Shown here in pieces: positions 23,476 to 36,900 of a stretch of 64,000 bases of DNA. A program made the translations under genes and the position numbers. How positions within the stretch are numbered: position 1 is the stretch's first letter; every line of letters starts with the position of its first letter. Source of the stretch: Azolla caroliniana (taxonomy: Eukaryota; Plantae; Polypodiophyta). The notes under the pieces were generated by a model that was given only the letters and a program-made list of their open reading frames with translations, searched no databases and had not been told where the DNA came from. Where the stretch lies: NCBI GenBank assembly GCA_043228905.1, contig JBHGNT010000011.1, forward strand, positions 9,858,001 to 9,922,000, in the 5' to 3' direction.

Positions 23476-26400
23476 AAGATATATTAACGTCTTCTAAGGC
23501 CAAAATTGGCCCATGAGACAATTGGTTTACAACAAAATGGGATATTTACCCATTCATCGAAAGTAAAAATAAAAAAAAATAAAAATAGAGCTTAAACTAA
23601 ATAGTTCTAGTAAAATAACAAACATGTTCTACAATGAAATGACTTTATACTAGGCTTAGTTTCATTTCCATCCAAGTCTCTCGAAAAGAAGTGGGAGGTC
23701 AAAGGGTTTTGATGTGGATGTGGCCCCCCGTGGTCCCAATGTAGAAGTTACCCCAACCATAGCTTCTAGTCGGCGTAGCTCACATTCCCTTATCTTCTTA
23801 ATCGTTTCTACTACACATCGAGTTGGTTTGAAGCCCAACATCCGAGGGCGTTTGGTTGTTCTTTGCATTTCTGCTTCCTCAAGAGAGAGGCCAAGTGGCG
23901 TAAGTGTATCCACATTCATCATCTCCCCTTGTTCCTGAAAAATTACACTACTTACATGTTGATGAATATTAAAAGGGTTATGGTTAACACTTTGTAGCTT
24001 ATTCTCCCTATGTTGTTTTAGCTCTAAGATATACCTACCTAGTCTCTTTATATCCGGGGTATCTAATAGTTTGGAGAGGGTGGGAGAGGTTCCTAATATG
24101 TCTTGGTATTCTGCCCTTACCTTGGCATGGGTTGGACACTTGCATGTATAGTGATATTCATCCTCTATCTCTATGTGACATAATCTACATAGCCTTTCCT
24201 CTCTAGGGACTCTATTAGCCCGACCATTCTCCATCGCAAGTTGGTGAGATGATATCCTAAGTTGTCCAATGGCCACCCTTAGTGCATTTGATAAGAATGT
24301 ATCTAGATATCTTGGTCGTGTAATAAAACCTAGCTTAGAGAAGTGCAAGTAGTGTTCCTTATAATACAACATTTTAGATGGGAGTGGCTCTCGTGGGGTG
24401 ATCCATGTATATCAGGTGTAAATTTGCCATATTTCTTGGCGTATTACTTTATTGCGGTCTTCATGAGATATTAAAGTTTGATAAGTCCCATGGTTGTACT
24501 TAAGGGGAGGTAGGTTATTAATGTCTATGCCATTTGCAAGTAACCAACTCACTACAGTGCTATACCAAGAGCTAGTGTCTCCAGACGCATATAGGGATCG
24601 GGATGCCTCAAAGCATCGACGGGAGATCCTATCTTGTCGTTGGCTATGTATCCGACGAAAAAAAACTACCACTTGGAAAAGTGCTTCTACTAACATCGGG
24701 GGCAAACTGAACTCTGCTCTAATAATGTCATGTGGTACTGTCGATTTGCTTTAGAGTTGACGTGATAGCATCGTCACCAAAGGTCTCTCTAATTGCATCC
24801 ACATGAAAGATGGTAGACCTTGAGCCCATACCACTGATGCACACGTGAGGGAAGGGGTCACTAATGAGTTTGTGACCGTTAACGTGCGGAAGCGTTAGAT
24901 AGAACCGGCTCAGCCGGATAGCACTAGAGAATAAGATGAAGGTTTAATGGAGAAGCTTAATACACAGAGAGTATACACAGGAGAGACAAAGAGAGAAGAA
25001 CAAAAACGTAGATTCAAAAATAACAAAAAACTCTATCTCTGTACATACAACGTGCTAAACAACACTATTTATAGAAGTCCATAAAAGGACTGACAGAAGT
25101 ATTAACAGGTACTTCAATATTCCTATGTGCGACTGACACTAACTATGAGACAATGATTACCTAGTAGTCTAGGCTGCTACTAGGCTCCCGGTTCCCGCTC
25201 GAATCCGGCTCTCCGATTTGTCTCCCCGATCCGGCCGGTTGTATCCGGATACTGATCCGGCTCTGGCTTATTCAGCCGATCCGGATCCGGTTGAGCTTGC
25301 TCGCTCAACACTCCCCCTCAAGCTCAACTTGAGGTCGGATCATGGTGTTAGTGTCTATGGTAGCCAATCCTTCTACCCGACTCCTTCTGGCGTCGCTCCG
25401 CCTTGCTCGCGCTCCTCATCCGGTCCGGTCCTGTTTGCCGCGACCCTTCTGGTTCTGCGCACCTCGACCTCCTCGGTCGGCTTGTTTGCTCAACAGGCCT
25501 ATTTAAGCTCCCTCGTTGTTGTGACTCCAGTGATTGTCGACCCGTCGGTTCCTTCATGTTGGCGTCGACTTCCGCTGCGTCTGTTCGCTTGACCTTTAGT
25601 TGATCCGGTTCCTCCGAATTCAACTGTATAAGAGAATCGACTGTCTCTGATTCGTTCGCGCTCTTGTCCGAGTCGGTGTTCTCCAACTCATCTTTCGGTT
25701 TCAGGCCCTTCACCACATCAAACCATGTCCGGGTCTTGGCCTTCTCCTTCCGGTCGGCTCTGTCCTTCTTGACTCTGTCGCCGCTGCCACTCGTTCCAAC
25801 TTCCTTCATCGACTCGGCTTCCTTTTTCCTCTTGTCTCCCCCTTTGTTGGTTCTTCCCTTTCCGGTTCCTTGTCCGATGTCGTTAGAGTAGGGACAAAGC
25901 TTATGGTTCCGGTCAAGGGGTGTGGAGACAGGTCGGCATTCCGTCATGCCGAACTTGTACAACATATTCAACACATAGTGTCGTTGTGAGAGCAATATGC
26001 CGTCGGGGGTTCAAATCACCTTGATCCCAAGGAAATAATGAAGGTCCCCTAGGTCCTTCATCTCAAATGTGTCCGACATCTAGGCCTTGACATGGTCGAT
26101 CATTGAGTCTGGGTCCGATGATGACTAAATCATCTACATAAAGTAAGATGCAAACCGGACCGTCCAGACCTGCCGGGTGAACAATGAAGAGTCGGACTTA
26201 GAGGCCACAAACCCCATCTTATGAAACCAGTGCGTGATCTTCGCATTCCACGCTTGGGGGGCTTGTTTCAGACTGTAAAGCGACTTTTTAAGCCGGCACA
26301 CTGCCAACTTGTTCATCTCCGACTGAAAACTGGGAGATTGGATCATATAGACTTGTTCTTCAAGGTCACCTTGAAGAAACACATTCTTCACGTCCATCTG

Positions 26401-26690
26401 GTGAAGATGCCACCCCCTTGCTGCAACAACCGCGAGTACCACACGAACCGTCGTTGTCTTCGCAACCGGAGTGAAGGTGTCGTTGTAGTCGATTCCATAG
26501 GTCTCTGCGTATCCCTTCGCCACTAACCGGGCCTTGTACCGGCTAACCAAACCATCGACATTGTACTTTACCTTGTACACCCATTTGCAACCGATTGGTT
26601 TACAGTGTCGGGGAGGGTCAATGAGGTCCCATGTGTTGTTGGCATCGAGTGCCCACATTTCTTCTTCCATAGCGGCACACCAATTTGCGT

Positions 26691-27589
26691 TGTCATGCCT
26701 TTCGGCTCCGGATCGTTGCGTGAGTCGGGTGGGAACCATTGGGGTTTTGGACTAGGAGGAAAGAAAATTCTAAGGCAATTAAGAATGTGAAATATATTGT
26801 AAGAAAGAAAGATATGAAAAACTCGTGAATCCCACGAGTATAGTGTATTAGTGAGTACTCAAATTAAGAGAGAAAAAATAGTTAGCAAATTCGTGGATCC
26901 CACGATTATATTATATTAATCAAACCTTGTAAAATAATCAACAACCTCTATACATCTTTCTCTCTTCCTTATATAGTGTTGGAAGAGTCTAAGTTTATCA
27001 CATGCAAGCATCATGCTTTTCCTATCTTTAGTTTTCATGCACACTATATGTGCATGATTAGCTTTCTATATCATCTTTTCTTTTTACTCGAGTGTCTATG
27101 CATGAATAACTTTTTGTACCATGCATGTCTAGAAATTTTACATGGGATAAAGTTTAGTATAACTTTAAAATTCATAATACACTAGTATAATGATAAGGCT
27201 TAATATTATTAACATGGAGGTGCAAGGTTCGAATCTTGCCCTATGCATGTAATATATATATTTTTATACTTTCTTCTATTTACAAATATGTCTCTTCATT
27301 CGATGAGAGACTCTCACCGGCCTTCTTCATTTGGCTCTTTCCGGTTCTGCTTCATCCGGTGCTTGCTAGTTTTCTTTGTCCGGTTCTTACCGGGACCTCC
27401 TTACCGATCTCTTCGTCCGTTTCTCACCGACTCTCACCGGCCTTATTCATCCGGCTCTTGCCGGGTCTCCTTACCGGTTTCGGTCCTTACCGGTTCCTTC
27501 TTCCGGTTCTCACCGGGTACTCCATGTCCTATCCGGAGAGACCAAAAATGTATTTTTTTTTCACGTAGTGTGCAAATTACACTACGACA
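26691..27589. mobile_element. Probable solo LTR (about 900 bp) inserted at the start of the Copia RT
   Basis: It splits EAAKD|ANWCAAMEEEM. Termini TGTCA...CGACA, flanks GCGT/ACGT (a 4-bp TSD with one mismatch). Confidence 0.65.
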
Positions 27590-29730
27590 ACGTCCTTTGC
27601 CGCTTCTACGTAGCTCTCCGGCTCACACACTTCTACCACTTTGGTCATGTACGCATAGTGATGCGCCATGTGCTCATTGTACCCGTACCGCGTAACTGGG
27701 TTCTTCTGGTGGGAAGACCGACGTAACTTGTCATCACCCGGTTTGGGCCCCTTCTTGGCCGGTTCAGACTTCGTTCCCGAAGATCCACCTTCATCCTTTC
27801 CAGACTCGGATTTGCTCCGCTCTGACCCTTCATTGCCGGTATCGTATTCCAACATCTTCTTCTTCCCCTTCTCTTTGCGCATGAACCGTCTCCTCGGTTC
27901 CTTGCATGGGGAGAGCACCACGGAGTCTCCACTACTCACCGGTTCATCATCTGACTGGTCACTTTTATCCAATTGCTCGTTCAGTCCGCTCAACCGAAAC
28001 GATTCCGGACTCTCTTCTAGAGTCTCAAGCTCCTCATCTACTATTTGGACCGCTTCAGGCTCACTGGCCTCATCCTCCGGGATTGGGTCGGAGTCGGTAG
28101 AGAGTACGACGATGCCGTCTCGTCGAACTCAACATCTCGGCTTACTCGAACCTGCTTTGTCCAGGGGTTATAACACTTATACCCCTTTTTCTCATGCAAG
28201 TAACCGACTATGATGCAGTTCTCCGACTTCGGATCTAGCTTCTTTTGCTTCTCATTTGGTACATGCACATATGCTATGCTACCGAATATCCGAAGGTGCC
28301 TCAAATTCGGCTTCTGCCCAAAATAGAACTCATGTGCTGACACCTTGTCTCTGATCTGGTTTTGGATGTAGACAATCGTCCGGACTACCTCAGCCCCGTA
28401 GAATTGGGGCATGCTCTTCTCCTCCAGCATTGCCCTTGCTGCGTCAACAATCGACCGGTTCTTTCTCTCAGCCACACCGTTTTGTTCCGGTGTGTATCGA
28501 TAGCTGAATTCTCTTCAAATTCTGTTCTGCTGCACATAACTGTTGAATTGGCCGGAAAAGTATTCTTTTCCACCATCCGACCGTAGACACTTGATCTTCC
28601 TCTCCGTTTCCCGTTCAACTAAGCTTTGAAGGTTTCGGAAACATTCGAAGACTTCGCTCTTCCTCTCAATGAGGTAGATCCATGTGTGCCAGCTATATTC
28701 GTCGATGAAGGAGACGAAATGCCGACTTCCGCCAAGACTAACGTGTTGTGACGGTCCCCATACATCCGAATGGATTAGATCAAGCTTGTTACAACTCCGG
28801 TTTCATTCGGTGGGGAATGGAAGCCGGTGTTGCTTCCTGAGTTGGCAGGCTTCACAAACTTGGGCCTTCCGGCCATTGAATTTCGGCAAACCAAACACAA
28901 CCTATTTCGATTGCAGGCCCCGAAGCCTTCGGTAATTGACGTGGTCAATCCGCTTATGCCAGAGATCGATGTTTGATTCAATCTTCTGTCCCTTTGCAAA
29001 CATGGTGGTGCCGACGTCATTAGTGTTGATGATGAACACCCTCCCTTCTCTACGCCCTTGCGCAATTATCCAACCTTCTTCCTTGATGAAGCACCCGAGG
29101 TGCGTAAACCGCACATGCATTCCCAGGTTGACGATTTTTCCGATCGATACCAGGTTCTTTGTGATAGTCGGAACATGTAATACGTTCATAAGCTTCCCCC
29201 TCTGTCCGAATCGGCGCGCTTCTTCTAGCACTCGCTTTCCCGGCACCGCTTTGACTCCCCCTGCTTGTGGAGGGTCCGGAACTGATGTCGGCACTACCGT
29301 TGTGCTTTCGGTCCTGCTCTTGTCGGCCGCCTCCATTGCGTGTTGAGCCACCTCGTCCACCACGTCCATGTGGTTGATCTGTCTCCGTGTCCAACATCCA
29401 ACTATTCAATTGAGTGGTCCTGGACCCACTCGCGTGGTTTTCTTCAATCATAAGCATTGATTGCAAGTCGAAGAAGGACGCTGGCTTCTCCTGGGTGCAT
29501 ATCGTTGTTCGGATTGGCCCGTACCTTTGCGCTAGACCACTGAGGCAGATTTGTACCATCTCATCTTCGTCCACCATCACATTGATGGACCCAAGTGCAT
29601 CACAAATCTCCTTTATCTTGGTGGTGTAATCCGTAACCGACATGTCTCTTTGCCGGTGTCAGGAATAGTACCAAAACAGAGAGAGAATTAGTACTAGAGA
29701 AGGGAAGTACTGTTAGTACTAAGAGGACGG

Positions 29731-31163
29731 AGAGATAGATAGATAGATAGATTATATTATCGTCTTCGGAGGCCAAATATGACCTATGAGACCAAAAATA
29801 TTACATTTCACGTGATACGTGTGAAAGTGAGTAGTGACTCTCGATGTTCAAGAACTTTACCAATGAATGTTGCAATCGAGAGTGCACATTGTGGTTGTGA
29901 GAGGAATTCATGCAAAGATTGGGCTCGATCGAAGAGATGTGGAAAGCATGATCGAATATGATCAAAGGCAGAGCATTGTATCAAAGTGTGATACTCAGAC
30001 TCGCGAACTTGTTTAGGGCAAAGTGTGCATAGCCGACCACTCTCATCACTCGTACCCCAACGCCCTGTTTCACATCGCAATGCATGTGAGCTAAGTCGCA
30101 TGGAAGCAATGGTTCGAATGGAAGATAACGGTATGGGCTCTAACATGTATGGATGTGTATGATTTCCCCGTTCCGCAAAGAATATGGTTTTGTAGTTAGG
30201 TGCAACACGTGTAGTATAATGTGTGAAGGCGTGAGCCTCCACATTTGTCTCATGTCATGATACATTGGCGTTGCAAAAATGCCTCATTTTCAAAGGAATC
30301 TAATGATGCATCATGAAGAAAGTGTCCCGTATCCCATCTACCAAACCATTTTTCTATATCTTGCATCCAACCGGTGTCGTGAAGAATTTTGGCCAGAGGC
30401 GGAAACCGGGAAACATTGGCTACATCGGCGGGGTGCAGCGTGTGTACGCACCCATGTACATTTAGTGTGAATAACGAGAGAGGGAGGAAGAGAGCAGGCC
30501 TACGAAGAGGCCGAGGAGATGGTACACCGGTACCACGGGAGAGGGTGCGGAGTAAACCGCCCTCTCGGCATGCGGAAAAGGATGACTCGGGACAGGGTCG
30601 GGAAGACAAATCGGAGGCCCAAGGAGTGTACATTTAGTGTGAATAACGAGGGCGTCTTTATGGCGCCGAAGAGTAGTCAAGTCGGGACAGACGGTCCCAT
30701 GTAAGTCGGGGTTTATCCCACATTGTAACGCATCCCTGTCCTTGTTCTATAAAAGGAAGGGAATGCCCTTTGTGAAAGGGTTGCCCATTTTGCATTAGAG
30801 GGTATACCGTTAGGTTTAGCGTCAGTTTCTTCTTCTTCTTCTTCTTCTTCTTCTTCCCCTTCGTGTTTGCTTAGGGTTTGCTTCAGCTCATCTCCTGCGC
30901 AAGACCCCGCTCGGCGCGACGAGCCCGTGAGCTCCCCGACGGCGGCTTGACAGCAGACGACTGCTGTAACCTACCTTGGTCCGGCTCGACGCCGGGAATG
31001 TATTCTTCTTTTATATATATATATATACGTTTGCGTCTGTCTGTGTATATTCGCGTCTTCGTTGGTGTCGGGTGCTTCCCCTTTCCTGCATTTCCTGTAC
31101 TTAAGGGTGTGAGTCGGGTTGGCCTGTGTGTGTGAGTGTGTGTGCGTGAGTCGGTGTTAAGCG

Positions 31164-31204
<41 letters not shown>

Positions 31205-33985
31205 GTTGCTTCCGGTGTGCTTCTGGGACGCCCCCGGAAACGGTGAAGCACGACTTCCTACGCTCCATCACTCCCTAGTCCAAGACCCCCGTGGTCCCGC
31301 CTTTCTCCACGCACGCGCGTAACAACGCGACATATTTGGTGAACCCGACGTGAAAGGCGACAAGGGAGGATGGAGTCGGAAGACGACGACCTTGCGGAGA
31401 TGGTGGCCGAAGTGGTGTTGGAGTCGGCACGAGTGGTGATGAGGCGAGAAGCAGCGTAACAAGCGGTTGAGCGAGTGATCGAAAGAGTCGGCCGTTTCAA
31501 CGGGGACAAAGTCCCATCTTACTTGGAAGCCTACAACGCGGAAATGGAGGAGCATGGCGTAGACGAGGCGTTGAGGCTGGAGTTCTTCTGTCGGGTCGTA
31601 GCTGTCCGGATGCATACGGAAGTAAAGGAGCTCCGTGAGGCTCATAGTTCGTGGGAGGCCTTCGAAGAGGCGCTCCTGAAGGTATACGGAGGACGGCGGA
31701 AGAGCCGGGGACGACACGACTTCGACCAGTGGGTGGCATCGGCAAAGACCCACCGGGGCGCGGTCAAGGCGTTTCGAGAGTTCGAGTGGCAGCTTGCTCG
31801 GCTCCCGGAGCGAGAACAAGGTTTGGTGGGGGCGGACAAGGTCCTATTGTTCGTCAGGTCAATCGACCGAGCGGAACGGGAGGTCATCGGGATTGAGCTC
31901 GAAGACGATGATGGAGCGAATGGGCTTACGGAGGACTGGTCGAAGGTTGGAAGAGTGTGCCAACGGCTAGACAACGAGCGAGCCGAGAAGGCTAAGAGGA
32001 AGGTATGCGACGGCGTGCCATCATAGCGGGAAGAGGCCGAACGACAAAGAGAGTCGGCAAGGGTCGGCGTTGGGGCCAGGATTGCGGAGGCGTATGCAGC
32101 TCTCGAGGCGATGCTCGAGGAAGAGGAAAGACGGAGGCCGCAAGCCGAGACTAAGGAGACGGACTTGCCCCACGTGACGGCGGAAGATCGGTACCACGGT
32201 ACCACGGGAGAGGGTGCGGAACGAAACGCCCTCTCGACTTGAGGAGATAGAAGGGCCAAGGACGAGGCCGAGATACAGATCGTGGAACCGGAACGTTGGG
32301 ACTAGCGGTTTTGGGCGTGTCAGCCCGAGATCCCGGTCATTGGAGAAGCAAGCCCAGACGGGGCTTGCGCGATCGGTAAGAAGACGACCGCCGACCACGA
32401 AGAGTCGGTGGCCACGGGCAAGGGCGTGAAACGGACGGGCGATTCTTTGTGTCTTCCCACACTTGCTCCCGAGACGATGGCAATCGGGCCCGAGTGCCCA
32501 CGTGAGTCCCAAGCGGAGGAAGGCGGCGGCGAAAGGCCAAGAATCACCGGCGAGACGATACGGGGAAGGAACGGACGAAAGTCCACGGACCCGATTCCGG
32601 AGAACTCGGCATTCGGGCCCGTATGCCCATGTAAGACCGAGGAGATGGATGGCGGTACCGAGGAGCCCTGGCACGATGCCAGCGAAGATGGATGGGAAAC
32701 GGCCTGTGAGGAGGCCGAGGACGGACGCGGCACGAGGAGATCGGCATTCCGATACGGGTGGAGTGTGATCCGGTCGTGGATCATTCGATCAAGGCCCGAT
32801 TCGGCATGAAAGTGCCGATACGGAAGGGGGTGCGGGACGAGCCGCTCTCTTTTACATAGGGAGAAAGACCGACCGACCGAAGGTCGAGAGTTGGAAGGAG
32901 AATGAAAGCCGGTCCTATGGAGTTCCTTACACCGATCCGGCTGCCGGCCTGAGTGCCAGCGTAAGTCCAATAGGAGAGATCGGTAACGACAGGAGAATGG
33001 GACCCGGCAATTCGGAGAAGGACGAATGGACCCGAACGAGAACCGGGCGGAGCGGACTCCCGGATGACCGTTCCGGGAGGGAGGAAGAGAGCAGGCCTAC
33101 GAAGAGGCCGAGGAGATGGTACACCGGTACCACGGGAGAGGGTGCGGAGTAAACCGCCCTCTCGGCATGCGGAAAAGGATGACCCGGGACAGGGTCGGGA
33201 AGACAAATCGGAGGCCCAAGGAGTGTACATTTAGTGTGAATAACGAGGGCGCCTTTATGGCGCCGAAGAGTAGTCAAGTCGGGACAGATGGTCCCATGTA
33301 AGTCGGGGTTTATCCCACATTGTAACGCATCCATGTCCTTGTTCTATAAAAGGAAGGGAACGCCCTTTGTGCAAGGGTTGCCCATTTTGCATTAGAGGGT
33401 ATACCGTTAGGTTTAGCGTCAGTTTCTTCTTCTTCTTCTTCTTCTTCTTCTTCTTCTTCTTCCCCTTCGTGTTCGCTTAGGGTTTGCTTCAGCTCATCTC
33501 CTGCGCAAGACCCCGCTCGGCGCGACGAGCCCGTGAGCTCCCCGACGGCGGCTTGACAGCAGACGACTGCTGTAACCTACCTTGGTCCGGCTCGACGCCG
33601 GGAATGTATTCTTCTTTTATATATATATACGTTTGCGTCTGTCTGTGTATATTCGCGTCTTTGTTGGTGTCGGGTGCTTCCCCTTTCCTGCATTTCCTGT
33701 ACTTAAGGGTGTGAGTCGGGTTGGCCTATGTGTGTGAGTGTGTGTGCGTGAGTCGGTGTTAAGCGCTCTCTCTCTCTCTCTCTCTTCGGTTGCTTCCGGT
33801 GTGCTTCTGGGACGCCCCCGGAAATGGTGAAGCACGACTTCCTACGCTCCATCACTCCCTAGTCCAAGACCCCCGTGGTCCCGCCTTTCTCCACGCACGC
33901 GCGTAACAACGCGACACCGAAACACAAAATTTTGCTTTTATGCGTCTTTTGGATCTTTTTGCTTGCTTCCCACGCAATTCTAGGA
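29731..33985 (-). mobile_element. RTE-X family-2 3' fragment inserted in the chromovirus 3' LTR (pieces 29731-30374 and 33917 to about 33985)
   Basis: ORF 29808-30242 MRLSSHALRCETGRW..RLCTLC..ESEYHTLIQC. It has an (ATCT)n tail and sits at the CT-rich part of the host LTR. Confidence 0.8.
30375..33916 (+). mobile_element. Non-autonomous, gag-only LTR retroelement primed by tRNA-Trp
   Basis: Termini TGTCG...CGACA and flanks CCGG/CCGA. Long direct repeats at about 30480-31332 and 33077-33916. PBS TGGTGAACCCGACGTGAA (31337-31354) matches the 3' end of plant tRNA-Trp as I recall it. Gag-like frame from ATG 31370 (RFNGDKVPSYLEAY, SWEAFEEALL) with stops. No pol motifs. Confidence 0.85.
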
Positions 33986-36900
33986 AGATGATGATGATAA
34001 CATATGATATATTATGTGAAGAGTAAGTACAAAATAGCTATGAGGCTTAAGACTGGTGTTGAACCAATTTGGTTTGAAATAATGCCTTGTGCCTCTTTTA
34101 ATAGTGTTCTCAGGAATAGTCCTGAAGCTTCTAGAATGTTCTAGAGAAATCTGGAATATACAATAATTTTCTATAGTAAAACTTAAATGAAAATAATATC
34201 CTACGTATTACAATAGATAATGTAATGGTCAAGAGCTCGACCCATATAACATAAGGTTATGGGTTTCAGTCTTGTCATATCATGACACTATCCCCCCCTT
34301 AAGACGACGAGTGGCACGAGTCGGCGCTGATTGTGAACCGGGTTTGTCCATATACTTTCGGTGGAAATCAGCAAGAAGATCCTAAGCATTGGTGACATGC
34401 TCGATGGGTTCCCAAGTACGTTCACTCGGACTATAGCCGAGCCAATCGACCAAATAATAAAGTTTGTTGCGAACAAACTTGGAGTCGAGGACAACAACAA
34501 CTTCATACTTCGGGCCGGTGTCCAACTCAAGCGGGGGCGGCGGTGGTGTAACTCGATCAGGAATAGTGTTGGCCTGATAAGGTTCGAGAAGAGAACTATG
34601 GAAGACCAGATGTATCTAAAGGCGCGGAGGAAGATAAAGGCGGAACGTGACATCATTAATCTTGCTGGTAATATGGAAAGGACTGAGTCGTTGATAATCC
34701 AATTTGTCGCATGATCAAGTTGTCTTGATGTGACGACGTAAGAGCCATACTCGATCTCCAATGGCAAAAGAGGAGGGAAGTCGATGAAGATCTGCATAAG
34801 TCTTCTGAGTGTGTTGAGCATGACGAAGATGAGTAGATAGATCCGTCTAAATCTTGCGTAGCCTCTCTAGATGATCCTTGGCACGAGGATTGGCAGGTAG
34901 CTCTGGAGTGTCGATCACAAACCAGCAAGGATGATAACCGGTATAAGCGTAAAATGGTGAGACCTGAGTTGAGGAGTGAATAGCGTTGTTATACGCAAAC
35001 TCCGCAAAGTGGAGAATATCAGCCCAATCGTCTTGTTGATCACTCAGAAAACACCAAAGATATTGTTCCAGCTTTTGATTCATTCGTTCCGCTTGCCCAT
35101 CGGTTTGGGGATGGTAGCTGGAGGAGAGGTTGCATGAAACCTTGAGCATCTTGAAGAGATGCTTCCAAAATTTGGAGACAAATTGAGGTCCTCGGTCACT
35201 GACGATACTGTCTAGGAGGCCATGATGCCGAAATACCTCACGCATGACAAGGGTTGCGGTTTCCTCACTAGTGATGACCTTAGTACAAGGCACAAAATGT
35301 GCCATCTTAGTATATTGATCGACGACAGTTAAGATAACATCGAAACCCTTCGAGACTAGAAGATTTGTGATAAAATCAAGACAAATGGACTGCCACGGCT
35401 TACTTGGAATTGGTAAGGATTCCAACAAGCCATATGGATGATGTCGTGGCATCTTTGCTCGACAACAAGCATCATAGGTCCGAACATAGTCGTCGACAAA
35501 ACATCGCATATGGGGCCACCAAAAGGATCATCGAACTAGATCCAACGTCTTAGTACTACCGAAATGTCTAGTTGTATGGGTGTCGTAACAATTTTGGATG
35601 ATTTGAAGGCGACAAGAGCAATCAGGAACATACACAAGCTTTTTAAAGAATAATAAACCATCATGATATTCGAATTGTTGGTAGTCCATACCTGGTTGTT
35701 GAGACTGGGAACAGGATGCCCGAGAGGCATCAATTTGTGCTAGAATGGCTTGAGCAAAACTATTTGTCTTCAAGTTGGCACTCATGGCATCGATAATCCG
35801 TGAATCCAATGGAGTGTGAAAAATCCGCGTTGTGTGCATTTGCTTTTCCTTGCTGCTTCCCCAGCCGATATGTGATTTTGAAGTCAAAACGCATGAGGAA
35901 TTGGGCCCACCGAGGTTATCGTCGATTTAGTACACGAGGGTTCTAGAAGTAAGCCAGATTTTTGTGATCACTAAAGACGATGACCTGATGAGGAGAGCCC
36001 TCTAAGAAGTTCCACCATTGCACAAATGAATCCACGATGGCGAATAACTCCTTATCATGTATCTCGTAGTTAATTTCCGCGGCATCAAATTTGCGTGAGT
36101 GGAAAGCCACAGGATGTAACTTTTCTTTACCTCCTTGTTGTGAAAGGATGCTACCAAGGGCGAAATCCGATGCGTCGGCCTCCATGATGAATGGTTTGTT
36201 TGTATCCACATGAGCTAGAATAAGAGCTGATGTAAAGGCTTTCTTAAGATGCATAAAAGCCATGTTCATTTCATTGGACCAAAGAAATGTCTGTCCCTTC
36301 TTGGTAAGCTGTGTGAGAGGTAAAATAATCTTCGAGTAATCTTGTATAAACTTGCGGTTGAATTTAGCAAAGCCTAGGAAACATTGCACATCTCGTAACG
36401 AACGTGGAGTTTGCCACTCTAGCACAGTTTGGACTTTAGCTGGATCCATGGAGATGCCTTTTAAGGAGATGACGTAGCCTAGAAATTCCACTTGCTTGCA
36501 GTCAAAGCTACATTTTTCTAGTTTGGCATAAAGACCATGCTCTCGAAGTTGTTTTAGTACTAATAGTACATAAGAATCATGCTCTTCGTGGGTCTTCGAA
36601 TAAATCAATAGATCATTCAGATAGATGATCAAACAGATATCCAAGAGATCTCTGAATATATCATTCGCCATGTGCTGGAAGACTGCGGGCGCATTGGTTA
36701 GACCGAATGGCATAACGATATACTCAAAGTGCCCATATTGGGTGCAAAAAGCGGTCTTCCATTCGTCTCCCGGTCGGATCTGCACGAGGTTATATGCTCC
36801 TCATAAGTCGATTTTTGCAAAAAAATTGGCACCATTTACATGTTCTAATAGACTTGATATAAGGGGAAGTGCATACCTATTCCGAATGGGGACCTTATTC

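Noticed and set aside
26751-27570. CACTA transposon, suggested by TTTTTTCACGTAGTG at 27570 and ACTAGGAGGAAAG at 26751
   Set aside because: The left end is not CACTA and there is no 3-bp TSD. The CGTAGTG is one arm of a local hairpin, and the Copia frame breaks at 26691/27589 with TG..CA ends.
31258-33334. Numerous overlapping ORFs on both strands, as candidate novel genes
   Set aside because: Expected in GC-rich, stop-poor retroelement DNA. Only the gag-like frame has recognisable motifs.
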